Of a stretch of 64,000 nucleotides of DNA, positions 36,031-49,325 are shown piece by piece; position 1 is the stretch's first letter; each line of letters begins with the position of its first letter. Under the pieces are notes generated by a model, which was not told the DNA's origin, made no database searches, and saw only the letters and a program-made list of their open reading frames with translations. A program made the translations under genes and the position numbers. This DNA comes from Carcharhinus amblyrhynchos (Eukaryota), in assembly GCA_965287045.1 (NCBI GenBank), contig OZ336885.1, positions 21,824,001 through 21,888,000 on the forward strand, read 5' to 3'.

Positions 36031-38600
36031 GCCCTGGACTAGACTTGGCTTTAAAATGCAATGACCTGATCCATTTTGTCTTAAGAAGCGCATGCTTGGC
36101 CGAAATATATATTTTAAAAAGCTTACTGATTAAATCTGCAGTGAGGAAGTCTGATCGGTTGACACAAAAAAAAGAAACCCTCTTGATTTGTATTTAGGAG
36201 AGAGAATGGGTGCATCTTTTTTAAAACTACCCCCTGCTTTCTTTCGGGCATTTCTTTTTTTGTTGTTGCTTTAAACCACCCCCCCCCCCGATTGTGCCTT
36301 AACATGAATGTTATTACCTTTCGAGCCACGCCAGTTAAAATAAACCCTTCACAGTTTGAATAACGAAATAAAGAAGGGATAAGCCTTTCGTTCTGTCTCA
36401 TTCCACCCCCCCTCCCGTTCCCCTTCTTATCCGTTGTACTTACAGTACAGTCTGTGAATGCATTTAAATCATCTTTGCCCTTCATTGTCACAGCGTAAAG
36501 GCTGGTGTGTTTGGCAGGAGTCACGATTATATTATTTAGGTGTTTCCCTCAATTCCCTTAAAAAGTTAGTCTTCGCCAATGATGATTCTACCGCGTTTGC
36601 CAAAAAAGGGACAAATCGATCAAACTGCTGCAGCCTCGTCGATCCATAATTGAATATTCTTTTTGCAAATTGATCCCTCGTTCCCTGGCTTTTCCAAATC
36701 AAGTCCATCGCAAGGTTTTGTTAAATATATCGTCTGCATGGCATTGTACAATATAATGAATGGCACATCAACTTTTATACTGGTCGCCCAGACAGTAAGC
36801 TACTGTAATTTATACTTGTGGTTTTGCAACTGCACGCTATAATGGTAATTTGTAGTGTAGAGAATTATCTTTTTGGGAAGTGTGTGACTGATTTGATTGA
36901 TAATGGAAAACGGGTGAAAGGATTTTGTTTCAAGGAAATAAATTAGAATGCAGGCTGAAAACACAAATATTGGATTAAATAATCAAAAGTAAGATACAGG
37001 GTTTACATTTCTAGAAACAATCGTATTAAACTTAAAAGAATAGACTTCATCTATTGAAATAACCTCTTGGTCTTAGTTTCAATGCAGTCTCTAACATTGA
37101 ATTTTGTATGAGAATACAGTTTTTTTCTTACAGCAATTTACATTTTTTTCTGAAAAGGGACTGCTAAAACCAGTCACAGTTTAGGTTTGTTGTTTGTTCT
37201 ATACTTTGCCTCACAACTAAGGTATTCAGATGTGTGTACGAGCTCTAAGCAACAAAGAGAAAGAAAGCTTCTGAAAATGTATTGGATTAGTGCTTTATTT
37301 GCCATATTCTCAGAAGGATTGGGATTGTTAGGAAGATAGTTAATATTTGTCATGAAATACAGAGAGGAGTATCTTGCTTTTTGAAAGCCTTTGATGCAGA
37401 AAGGAAGCTTGCATTTATATAGTTGGACCATCATGTCTCTCAGGAACTTGAATACATTTCACATTCAATGAACATAATATTCTAAGTTTTATTTTTTCTA
37501 ATGTGGCGATGTAGTTATACACCTAGCTTTACACCATAAAGAAATACACAAAAAAAACTTCTGAACTGAAGACTTTCTTATCAGAAGGTCAGTGTTTCTG
37601 ATTGGTCCAGAACTTGGTAATATGTCGCATAAGCAGATCTTTATTGATTTATAAGTTAGCTGTAATATCTGGACTTTTTTTCTGTTAACTCATGTTATTA
37701 GGTACCTTACCAAGAAAAGTCCAGGTTAACTTGTTAGGAAATCAATGTGAAAGGCCAAGGCCAATAGTACAAGACTTCACCAAGTTGAAAGTAAATAGGA
37801 CAGACCAATTGAGCAACATGCACATGTAGTGGTTAGGTGAACAAAGCTTGAGTTTTAAAATTGTGGGATAGCTGAGGAAGTTGCAGAGAGGAGTGTGCAG
37901 TAGTCGGGTAAATACTGGAATGGTAATTTGTCATCTTTTTTGCTTCTACAAATAAACTATTAAAACTCTTGATGTTTTATTGTGGTAACATGGATCACCT
38001 CAAATGATTAAATGATTCAGCCTTTGAAACAAAAAGCACACCTTTGATCACCAAGTACCTGAAAATTAGGTTCACTGTGGAAATGTTTGCTTTTCATAGA
38101 ACTTTATTGCAGTGCCATAGAAATGAATGGAGGAAATAAAATGGATGGAACTTGCCCTTAAACTGAACTTGCTGTTATCAGATTTTTTTGCATTAAGAAG
38201 GCTGTACTTAAATGTTATTAGCTTGCACTGAGACTAGGAAACAAATCACTTGAACAGCGCATGCACTCTACCAATGCAGCCTTGTCATCACCTATTTATC
38301 ATTAACCACTCAGCATCTGTTTTTCATTGTAACTGAATACAAGTTGTTTTTTGGTCCACATCCTATGTATTACAGTTGGAGAAATATTTTAATCAAGCTA
38401 ATAGTTGATGATCTGACATGTGAAATCCAAACTTTGTCTTTCATGTATAGACTATCTTCTAAATTGCCATAAACTTGGCCATCAGTGGCAAGGAATGACA
38501 CTTAAAAATTGGGCCACGACCACGATGATGTTGATGAATGATAGGCTAACTGAACTACTTGTTGTTTTTACACCATTGTCTTTTGAGATGAGAAGTTGGT

Positions 38601-39760
38601 AGATCATAGAAACTAGAAGTAGGAGTACGCCATTTGGTTCTTCAAGCTGCTCTGCCACTCATCTTGATCATGGTTGATTATCAGATTCAATATCCTGATA
38701 GCCCCCTCCTCCCATATCTCTTGATCTGTTTAACCCCAAGAGCTGTATCTAATTTCTTCCTGAAATCAGACAAAGTTTCAACCTCAATTACCTTTTGTAG
38801 TACTGAATTCCACACATTCACCATCCCACGGGTGAAGAAATTCCCCCTCACCTCAGTTCTAAAAGGTTTATACCTCTTATCCTCAAACTATCGCCCCTAG
38901 TTCTGGACTCCCCCACCATTGGGAACATTCTTTCTGAATCTACCTTGTCTTACCCTGTTAGAATTTTAAAAGTTTCTATGAGATCCCCTCTCACTCTTCT
39001 AAACTCCAGTGAATGTATTACTAATCAACATAGTCTATTCTCATATGACAGACCTGCCATCCCAGGAATCAGCCTGGTAAACCTTTGTTGTACTCCCTCT
39101 GTAGCAAAGATATCCTTCCTCAGATAAGGACATCAAAACTGCACACGGTACTCCAAACGCCCTATACAATTGCAGCAAAACCTTTCTACCTCTATGCTTA
39201 ATTCCTTTACTATGAAGGCTAACATACCATTTGCCTTCTTTATTGCTTTCTGTACCTGCACACTTACTTTCAGCAACTGATGCATGAGGACTCCAAGATC
39301 TCGTTGAATATCCACCTCTCTCAATTTAAACCCTTTCAAGTAATAATTTGTCTTCCTATTATTGCTACCAAAGTGGATAACCTCACATTTATTCATGTTA
39401 TGCTGCATCTGGTGCCCATGCATTCAGCCTGTCCAAATCATGCTGAAGCATCTCTGCGTCCTCTTCACAGCTCACCCTTCCACCCAACTTTGTATCATTT
39501 GCAAATTTGAGATAATACATTCAGTTCCCTCTTCTAAATCATTCATATATAATGTAAACAGTTGGGGTTCTAGCACAGATTTCTGCAGAACCTCACTGGT
39601 CACTGACTTCCAATCAGAAAAAAAACCATTTATGCCAACTCTTTGCTTCCTATCTGCTAACCAGTTTTCTGTCCATCTCAAAACATTACTTGCAATTCCA
39701 TGTGCTCTAACTTTACATAGTTGTCTGTTATGTGAGACCTCGTTGAAAGCCTTCTGAAAA
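38601..39760 (-). mobile_element. CR1 RT to 3' end, degenerate
   Basis: ORFs 39472-39765 FQKAFNEVSH...WLADRKQRVGING and 39133-39423 KCEVIHFG...KKANGMLAFI. Confidence 0.9.
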
Positions 39761-39894
39761 ATCAAAAATTATATCTTAATTCAGTGCTGCTGAGGAAGCT
39801 TAACTGGAGTTAATCAGGAAGAAAAACACTTCATATGTCCTCAGAGCATCTGCAAATGCTTTGCAACCAATTTAAAAGAGGGACATGCACTTTT

Positions 39895-40290
39895 TCACCA
39901 CAACAAGATGCCCCAATGTTTTGTAACCAATTGAGTACTTTTAAAGTGTCGTCACTGTTGGAATGTAGGAAAAATGGCAGCCAACCTGTATACAGCAAGT
40001 TTCCACAGAACAGCATGTTGTTAATGACCAGATAATTTGTTCTTGTGATGTTGACTGAAGTCACCAGAGATGACTCTTTAAATAGTGCTATGGCACATTT
40101 TATGTCCACCTGAGAGGGTAGCTGGGACATTGTTTAATGTCTTATTTGAAAAGTGCCACTTCTGACAATGCAGAATTTCTTCAGTACTGCATTGGAGTGT
40201 CTCCTGTATTTTTGAGCTCAGGTACTGGACTGGAACTTGGACTCACAAACTTGTGGCTCAGAGGAGAGAATGGTAGCAACGGAGACATGT
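39895..40290 (-). mobile_element. DeuSINE
   Basis: Reverse complement contains the tRNA-like head, TGCCATAGCACTATTT and ATTATCTGGTCATT...TTGGCTGCC...CCTACATTCCAACAGTGAC. Confidence 0.8.
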
Positions 40291-40439
40291 CACTCACCTG
40301 ACACATGCATTATTTTTAAGAATAAAGAATCTTGTTATGTTAGCAAACGAGGCAGTTGATGCATAGAGCAAAACTCCAGAAACCGAGATAAATAACTGGT
40401 TCCTTTTTTAAAACCGTGTTGGTGAAACTAGGACTTCTA

Positions 40440-40640
40440 GTTTGGATACCAGACAACTGCTTGGTGTTCTTCTAATAATGCCAATAGGTCTTTTCATGCC
40501 CATTTGAACAGATGGTCCTCAATTTAACATTTCATTCAAAGAATAACACCTCTAGCTATGCTTACTTTGTACTGTACTGAAGTGTTGGTCTATGTTATGC
40601 ACTCAATTCTGGAGTGGACTTTAAATCTGTAATCTGACAA
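40440..40640 (-). mobile_element. DeuSINE 5' fragment, degenerate
   Basis: Similar to 40080-40260. Confidence 0.55.
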
Positions 40641-40649
40641 GCTTCACAA

Positions 40650-42277
40650 ATTGACCTGTGAGTCCCACGTCAGTGGTAGGCAAACTATTGGAGAAACTTT
40701 TGAAGGCAAGCATCTATCTCCACTTGGAGAGGCAAAGCTTGATCAGGGATAATCAGCATGACATGACTTAGTCAGAGGGAGGTCATGCCTAACAAATTTA
40801 ATTGAATTTTTGGGGAGGTGAACAGCTGCATAGATGAGGCTACTGCAGTCGATGTAGTTTAGAAAGATTCCAGCAAAGCCTTTGATAAGGTCCCACATGG
40901 GAGACTTGTAAAGAAGGTAAATTCACATGGGATACAGGGTTATTTGTTAAATTGGCTGAGTTGTAGGAGTTGGAGGGTGATGACAGAAGGCTGCGTTAGT
41001 GACTGGAAGCCAGTGTCCAGTGGCATACCACAGTTGGGCCCCCTTTTATTTGTCATTTATATAAATGACATAGATGACTATGGGGGGGGGGGGGGCATTG
41101 GATTAGTAAGTTTGCAGGTGACACAAAAATTGGTCATTAACTCTGAGGCTGAGTGTCTTGGGCTATAAGAAGATATAGACAGAATGGTCAAATAGGCAGA
41201 TAAGTGGCAGATGCAATTTAACCCTGAAAAGTATGAGATGATACACTTTGGAAGGAGCAATTTGACAAGGAAGTACTCAATGAACAGTAGGACACTAGGA
41301 AGTTCTGTGTAACAAAGGATTCTTCGTCTCAGAAGGAGGAAGGCCTTGTTAATAGGGAGGTGAAAAAGGCATATGGGCCACTTGCCTTTATCAGTCGAGG
41401 CATAGATTACAAAAGCAGAGAAGTCATGATGGTGCTGTATAGAACTTTGGTGAGGCTATAGCTAGACTACTATGTGCATTTCTGGTCAGCACGTTCTTGG
41501 AAGGATGCGATTGGAGGGGCTGCAGAGGAGATTCACCAGGATGTTGTCTGGGATGGAACATTTAAGTTATGAAAAGAGGTTGGGTAGCCTTGTTTTCATT
41601 GGAGCAGAGAAGACTGACGGGGCAACCTGATCAAGATATACAGAATTATGAGGGACATGGACATTGTGCATAGGAGCAGCTGTGCCCCTTAGTTGAAGGA
41701 TTAGTCACGAGGGGACATTGATTCAAGGAGACTTAGGCTACCATCACGGTGCACAGTGGTTAGTGCTGCTACTTCACAACGCCAGGGACCTGGGTTCGAT
41801 TCCCAGCTTGGGTCATTGTCTGTGTGCAACTTGCACGTCCTTCCCGTATCAGCATGGGTTTCCTCCCACATTCTGAAAGACGTGCAAGTTAGGTGCATTG
41901 ACCCGAATGGGTGCCGGACTGTAGCAACTAGGGGAATTTCGCGGTAACTTCATTGCAATGTTAATGTAAGCCTTCCTTGTGACTAATAAATAAACTTTAA
42001 CTTTAAAGACTTTAAGGTGAGGGACTGGAGGTTTAGGGGAAAATGTGAGGAAAAGTTTTTTTCTCAGAGAGTGGTGATGGTTAGGAATGCACTGCCTGGG
42101 AGGGTGGTAGAGGCGGTCACCTCATGTCCATTAAAACATATCTGGATGAGCACTTGGCACATCATAACATTGAGGGCTATGGGTCAAGTGCTGACAGATG
42201 GGATTAGGTAGGAGTTGAAGTGTCCCTAATGTATCAGTGCAGATTCAACGGGCCGAAGGGTCTCTTCTAAGATTCTA
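40650..42277 (+). mobile_element. CR1 RT to 3' end, interrupted by a V-SINE
   Basis: DSSKAFDKVPH (~40865-40898); LGPLLFVIYINDID (ORF 40944-41168); FFSQRVVMVRNALP (ORF 42017-42211); gggccgaaggg tail. Confidence 0.9.
41736..42006 (+). mobile_element. V-SINE (HE1-like head) with a non-CR1 tail
   Basis: A box gcacagtggttag, B box gggttcgattccc, V-domain-like ttgcacgtccttcccgtatcagcatgggtttcctccc; tail ...gtgactaataaataaacttt. Confidence 0.85.
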
Positions 42278-42399
42278 AAAGATGTAAACTGTAAAGTATT
42301 ATTTTTGGTCTTCTGCTTGTTATCACATCAGTCTTAAAAATTGTCATCTTTCAATGTGAAGCTGTTACCGCCAAATAACAATTATTGGTGGATGGTTTG

Positions 42400-44895
42400 G
42401 TTGCATAATGGATAGCTTCTTGGTACAACAATGTATGAAGTTAAATGCATAATATAGTTTTAATTCTTTGCTATGGCTTTATCCCCTTGCGTCCCCGCCC
42501 CAATGATTTTCAAGCTTGACACAGAGCTCTTCTTCTGTTGTCTTTGGCTCTGCATCCACTTTGTCTGGGAGTCTTCCCTCACCCTCCCTTCACCTTCAGC
42601 AGACCCTTTTACCCATCTTCACCTGGCTCCCTACTTCTGGCCTCTTACCCTGTCTTGATCATTTCATTAAGAACAGCTAGAATAACATTGACTGTCTCAA
42701 TTTCTCTGTCTCGTCACCACCCCATCAGTCACTCCAACCTATCTCCCCCCAAATCTGCAGAATTCTGTTCAGTTATGTTTAACCCAAGCATCATCATGAA
42801 ACTTGTTGTCAAGTGTAGAACTGTTGTAGTATGGAATGATGGCAGCAAGTTCAGTTTAAGGGTAAGTTCCATCAATTTTATTTCTATGGCACTACAATTG
42901 TGTTCTGTGAAAAGCAGAAGTCAAACACCAGCTTAATAACATTTACTCCTACCTCCCACTGGACTATCACCCAGCCACCAAATATCAAGCCATTATGCCC
43001 AAAATTGTCACTGGCCTCATGTTATCTGCAGATTTTTTCTCTGTGGCCTTTAGCTTCATTGTCTCCCAACCTTGAATGGCTCTCTTCTAGCTTCCTTCCA
43101 CAAACAGGACTGATCTAGTCAGTCCATCATTTCTGTCTGTCTCTGCCCCACAGAACTTATTTCTTCTGATCTTGACTTTATTTTGTCCCTTTTTCCACTC
43201 TCTTCCCATCTACATTGTGACTCTTCTAATGCCCTCTAGCACCCGAACAGTTTCCTGGCACTTACTGTCTCCTTTTCACCATATATATCTAATCTCTGTG
43301 CACTTCCATTCCCCACAGAATGGTCTGAGGACCGTTTCCTTTTTTCTTGAACAGAGGCCAAACCAGTCCCATTAATCACTGCACTCCTCTGCCTGGCAGA
43401 ACTCGTTTTCACTTTGAACAACTTCTCCTTTGATTTTAGCCTCTTCCTCCACATAAAAGGTACTGGAATATGCATGGAAACTAGCTATTCTTGCTTTTTT
43501 GTGGGAAATGTGGGTCATTCCAGTCCTACTTGAGTCTCCTTTTTTCTCTTTATCTGGAACTTGACTTGGGTTGCAATATTTGACCAATTTTGCTTTCCAT
43601 TTGCACTCTCTCCTTGCCTTCACATGGTCCATTTGTGACTCCTCACTTTCGTTCTTTGACTATTCAGTCTCAATTTCAGATAACAGGTTGTCAACCAATA
43701 TTCATTATAATTGCATCAACTCCCACAGTTAGCTTTATTACACTTCCTTACAATCTACTTCTTGTTCTATTTCATTTTCTTTATCTTCATCAATCAATCT
43801 TCATCTGTAAATGCACCCTTAAAAACAGCACTTCCAATCTGTCTTCCTTTTTTGCAGAACCTAGGATTTCCCCCCACTGTGATTGACATGGCTGTCAACT
43901 GTCTACATTCCATTTCATCTCTTGCTGTCACCTCTTTCCCTGTTTCCCAGAACTTTAATAGGATTCCCAGTGTCCTCGCCTTCTAATCCGCCCAGCTTCT
44001 GCATCAGCAGATCACCTTCTCTATTTCCATCTTCTTCAGTATGATGCCACCACCAAGCCATGTCCTCCCCTTCCCTTTCAGCATTCCAAAGAGACAGCTC
44101 CCTCTATGACATTGCGGTCCACTCCTCAGTCACCGCGACATCCTCCCTCTTCAAACAGCACCTTTTCATGCTGGCACAGCTGATGCGACACTTGTCCTTT
44201 TATCTGTTCCCTTCTAACCATGCAAGAGCCCAGATACTTCTTTCAGGCAATCCACTTGTACTTCTTTCAAATTAATCCTGTACTTGCTGCTCACAATGTA
44301 GGCTACTCCGTATTAGGAGACCCAGCACAAATTAGATGACTCCTTCATGACTACAAATGAGCTTCTTGTAGCCCATCATTTCAATTCTCCACCTTGCTCC
44401 ATTCTGATTTTCTGTCCATGATCTCCTGCAAAGTTCCGATAAAGCTCAATATAACTTCAAGGAACAGCATCTTACCTTTCAATTAAGTATTTTGCACCTT
44501 TTGGTCTTGACAGTCATTTCAGATTATAACCTCTGTGCTAATTTTGTTTCTTCTTTTTTGTTTTTGAATTTTTTCTCTCCTTTTTAGTATACAGACGGCA
44601 GCTGTTCATCACTTTACCATTCACACTTCTCCGGCCTAGACACATCTTTTGTTTCCTTATATGACCATTACCACTCTTTTTGGCTTTGCACCATGAACTG
44701 TTGTTCATTCTCACCTGCCTTCCATTCTGTTGCAGACCTTCCCTTTATTTTGTTCAATACTCACCATTCCCACTTTGACTTGCTTAAAACCTTACTATAT
44801 CTCTAACTTATCCCAGTTCTGATGTAAGATCGTTGACCTGAAATCTTTCTTGATAGATGTTGCCTGACCTGCTGAACATTTACTGCTTTTATTTA
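42400..44895 (+). mobile_element. Penelope-like element, degenerate (RT, GIY-YIG, terminal repeat)
   Basis: LCLAELVFTLNNFSFD...FLHIKG...SYSCFFVGNV (~43385-43515); decayed GIY-YIG ~44230-44500; CAGTTCTGATGT...GACCTGAAA tail ~44814. Confidence 0.85.
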
Positions 44896-45874
44896 GCCTT
44901 TATTGTGTTGAATGCCCGATTATTCTATTGTTTTAAAGAAATACTAAGTGGAGCCCATGTGCTTTGCGATAGGATTTGAGAAAATATCAAGAGTATGTTG
45001 GGGCATGCTGTCATGCACTTCCTTTTAACCGGCTCAAAACTAACATAGAGGGAGTTTGGAAGCAGGCCAACTGCATGCTCTTCTGTAGATAGGACATAGA
45101 TGGTGTGAAAGACCAGAAAGAGGAAACATTCAAGGACATCCCTCAAAAAAGTTGGGTGGTGGCATGCTGTAGTTTGGTTTGAATTATCCACCAGAATTCA
45201 CTTATGTAAACAAGCTGCAGACACTGAGTTGTACAATAACTCATGCAATCCTAATCATTTCAAGAATTCTTGTTATTTTAATGGGAATTGTATACTAAGC
45301 ATTGGATTGATTCCTAGTGAAAGTGTTAAGTACAGTACTTTTTGTGGCAACCTGCCACACAGTCTGTGCAGGGTTTCTCTTTGGCAATTTTACTCTGAAG
45401 ATTGACTTAGCTACGAATGAAGTGAGACTTGTTAATGTTGGTGATTCTTAATAAATTGAGATATATTCATGTGTGTATGTATATCTGCAAGACACACATT
45501 TTGCTCCTTACGGATAATGCTTTTAGGTCGTCTGAGCATTTAACAAGGCATATTTTTGGCAACCAGAACATAGTGTGAAATTCTGTGGTACGTGGAAAGG
45601 GTGAAGAAATTGAGGACATACTGTGTCAGATCTTTTAGTGCAATGTATTCAATGTAATAAACAGGGATGGTACAGTTAGCTTATTTTTTTATTTTTAAAA
45701 AATATTCTATTGCATGCCCGAAATGGAATTTAATTTTAACTGTTTTTTTAAGAAAAAAACTTCCCTTGTTTATTAAATTTCACTGAAGCCAGTGTGAAAC
45801 TTGATGAAATTGCTCAATGTGACAGAAGTTTGGAAATTTTTATAATGGCCCAAGTCTTGCAGTGTTTAATCACC

Positions 45875-46770
45875 TTAGACTGCCTATTGGGATTGAGGAT
45901 GGTTTGCTTCCACTCAGGTTCGATGGGTTCTGAAATGGCTGGTATGTCCAGTGTGTAATATGTAGTCTCTGCCACATGTGGGTAGGTGGTGCTTGAAGAG
46001 TTGGGCAGTTAAGGAGTTTAGAGGTTTGTGCGCAGTCTCCCAACGCTTCAACTTTGCCTTTGTGTTCTCTTGATGAAATCTTTTGATGTGTTCAGTGTCT
46101 TCCTAAATAAATCTTTTCCATTTTGGTTGGCCAAATGCCAGGGGCTCTCATGGGTCTACAGGGTGTTTGATCTCTTCAGGGATGTTTTGACACCGTACCT
46201 AAAGTGTTTCCACTGCCCTCATTACCGCAACAGCTCTGTGGAGGACAGTTGTGTTAGGATTCCAGCATCAGGCACAGGAGCAACATGCTCTGCCTAGCAG
46301 AGTTTCTTTTGAATGATTAGTGCCTAGATACTGGGCATGTTGACTTTGGAGAGGCTGTATGATGCCTTTCTTGTCTCTGGACTTGGAGGCAGTGATACTT
46401 CTCAAGTGCCTTGAGGTTCCTGCTTTAGATTGTCCAAGTCTCCAAAACATTTGAAGAGCACTGCTTTGTGATAAACTGAGACCTTAGTCTCAGGTTTGAG
46501 ATCATGTTCCTCAAATATTTCTTATCCATAGGCAGCCAAAGATTGAGCTAGCTTCTTGGCAATAACAAATTTCTTCACCAATGTCTGCATTCGTTGAGAG
46601 GAGGCTCCCAAGATATGGAAAATGGTCCACATTTTCCAAGATTCCACTGTTGACCTTGATGGAGGTGTTGAGCTGTGGGAGCTGGTTGGAAGAGAACCTT
46701 AGTTTAGTGCACAGTGGATTACATTTAGCAGGTCATTGGTTCTTACTTTATTGTACTAAAATGTTCTAAG
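45875..46770 (-). mobile_element. RTE LINE 3' fragment
   Basis: Minus strand ENVDHFPYLGSLLSTNADI (~46580-46640); similar to 26130-27070. Confidence 0.8.
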
Positions 46771-47626
46771 AGTAGGGAAGGGAGCTTTTTTGTTCTTATA
46801 AGTTTCCCACATTTTTCTGCTTAGAAACTTTGGCTTTGTGCAGCCTTCAACTTAGTGCGAGAGAAGAATCGTGAATTTTTGTGCAAGCATTGCTTCAATT
46901 TATTCAGCCAAATGTTGTGCTTATTTTGGAGTGAGATATACTACCCTGATTGTTTCTTTCCTCAGCCTGATGTGGTCCTTTTTGCTATTACTAGGTGAGC
47001 CCTCTCAGCACCTACTTCAAATGCTGGGAAATTACAGTTGTGGTTGGCAGAATGGAGAGAGACAGCCTTAGAATGCAAATTTATAAGCATGGTTGTGAAC
47101 TGAGCACCTTAATTACTGCATTATCATCTTAGCAATGAAAAGCTTTAAGATTTGATTTTGCATATCTTAACTTTTAGCTGTTATAAAAGTCATTGCTCTG
47201 GAAATGGGGCTTGTGGTGTCCATTTATATACAGTCATTGTATTACCATAGCAACCTGGGCAAAAATACCACTAGAACTGAAAGTATGCATAATTTATATG
47301 AAGATTCTTGAATCTTTCTAACCTGTCTCTAGAGAGGCTGACTCTCAGACACTAATGTCTGTCCTCACTTACATAGAAAAGGGAGCAATGGTGGCAATAA
47401 GCAAACTAGTTGAATCCTCCATGCTTTAGGCTGTAAGATATCTTTAAGGTTGGCTGAGTGATTGAAATTACAGCAATTTAAAAATTACGCTTTTTAAATG
47501 TTTATATTATATCTATTTCTTGATATGTCCCAGGTCACAAGACATTGAAGAGAAATGAAAATCTGTAGCATGGTGCTATTTGTATGTTAATGTTACTCTT
47601 GAGAACATACTTCTTCAAGAAAGATG

Positions 47627-47672
47627 AAGCAATATTACATAGGAAGATTAAGCAATATTGCATAGGAAGATT
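47627..47672. repeat. Tandem duplication, 2 x 23 bp
   Basis: aagcaatatt(a/g)cataggaagatt twice. Confidence 0.9.
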
Positions 47673-48554
47673 CTCTTTTAACCTTCTAATCATGAATTAT
47701 TAAAGTATTTTTCAACGTGGCATGCAGTATTTGAGAGGGAAGGAGGGCTTTGAATGATACTATGTTATTTAGGCCTGCTAGTTCTTTTGACATAGTTTAG
47801 AAATAATCTTGTTGAAAAACTGGAGAAAATGTAAAACAATTGTAAGTAATTCCATTTTCTAAAATATTGAATTTCATAGTGGAGTGTTTGCAGGCAAGTA
47901 GTACTTAGAAAACATAGAAAAGCACACAGTTTCTAAGTACGGTGTCCTCTCCATCTTCATTCTGTGCCCATTTATAATTTAGAATTTTGACAAAAATGCT
48001 CTACCTCATTTAATTTGGAACACTTTTTTATCTTCATTGATTTTTAGTTTAATAATAGGAAAATTAAGTGACTGTTAATCTATCCATATTCAACAGACTA
48101 ATCACTTTGCCCTAAATCTATCTGGACGAATCATTTTCTGAAAGGGATTGCTCCCAGTTTATGGAGACACAGTTTCTCTTCAGTTCATGGAAGCATTCCC
48201 TATACCTAGTTTACAGAAACACTGTTCCTAAAATCCCTATCCACTCTCTGAGGCACTTTGTCTCTCACCTCCCATCCACCTCAGTATTTCACAGATGCCC
48301 TCCATTCTCTTGATGAACAGCTTATGGCAGACTCAATGATGTGTCGCTCTAGAAAACAGAATGTTTATTGCTGGCAGGAATTTCTCAGGAGTAGTGTGTG
48401 AATCCGCACACTCAATAGTTGTTATTTCACCCCAGGGGAATAATAATATACAGTGTATGTCTGGCTATGTCATTGCATACTGACAACATTTGGTGAAATG
48501 TCGTTGGGCTTAATCAGCAGATACTGGTAGTCATGAACAAATTTTCTCTTGCAG

Positions 48555-48696
48555 GATGAAAGTTCGGTGAGCAGCGATGATTTTGACATGAGTGACACCA
48601 CATGGATTTCAGCTGACCAGTGTGTGAACTCTGACTTAAGCCCCAGTCAAGAAGAAAGAATGCACAGCCCGCAAAATCTGCATAGTCAAGAATATG
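48555..48696 (+). CDS. NOL4L: NOL4L coding exon (probably exon 5), 142 bp: [47 protein letters not shown]
   Basis: attttctcttgcag| acceptor, G|gtaagt donor; phase 0 matches the exon ending 11682; resembles human NOL4L DETSVSSEDFDMSDSTWMSAD...[20 protein letters not shown] more than NOL4. Confidence 0.95.
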
Positions 48697-48804
48697 GTAA
48701 GTTCTCAGTTAAATAATAAAATCAGTCAAGAAATTAGGATTGTTGCAATGTTTTGCTGGTAAATTGAAATGGAAACTGTTTTTTGGATGTAAATATGAAA
48801 CAAG

Positions 48805-49325
48805 TAACTTGCATTTATATAGCACTTCCAGCACATTCCAAAGTGCTTCACAGCCAATGCAGTACTTTGAATTACAGTTGCTGTTGTAATGTAGGGAAAT
48901 GCAGCAACCAATTTGTAAACTGCAAGGTCCCTCAAACAGTATTGAGTTGAAGACAATCTATTCTAATAATTTTGGTTCAGGGATAGATATTGTCCAGTGC
49001 ATAGGGAGAATTCTCAGCTTCTTTACAGATGTGGAGATGCTGGCATTGGAATGAGGTGGGCACAGTAAGAAGTCTCACAACACCAGGCTAAAGTCCAAAT
49101 GTTTATTTGGGTTAAAGTCCAACAGGTTTATAAGTAGTCACATGGGACCTTTGATTTTCTCTTAAGAGAGTAGCTGAGCTCTGATTAACATTTTATCCAT
49201 AAGGCAGCATCTCTGCACTCCCTCACTGCTACATTGAAATGTCAGTGTGGAATAGGCACTCAAGTCTTTGATAACCAGAACTTATTGATTTGGAGCAAGT
49301 GTACTGTCACTGAGCCATGGCTAAC
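48805..49325 (-). mobile_element. DeuSINE, near full length, with a short repeat inserted at ~49028-49130
   Basis: aacttgcatttatatagcac tail; gtagggaaatgcagcaaccaatttg; tRNA-like head ending cactgagccatggct. Confidence 0.8.

Noticed and set aside
41736-41810. tRNA gene
   Set aside because: A and B boxes belong to a SINE head followed by V-domain sequence
47901-47940. 11-bp perfect inverted repeat GTACTTAGAAA/TTTCTAAGTAC
   Set aside because: Roughly one such stem is expected by chance in 64 kb of AT-rich DNA
11358-48696. Assignment to NOL4 instead of NOL4L
   Set aside because: IAETY, SCTEC, TW.SAD and [16 protein letters not shown] fit NOL4L as recalled; a phylogeny would confirm
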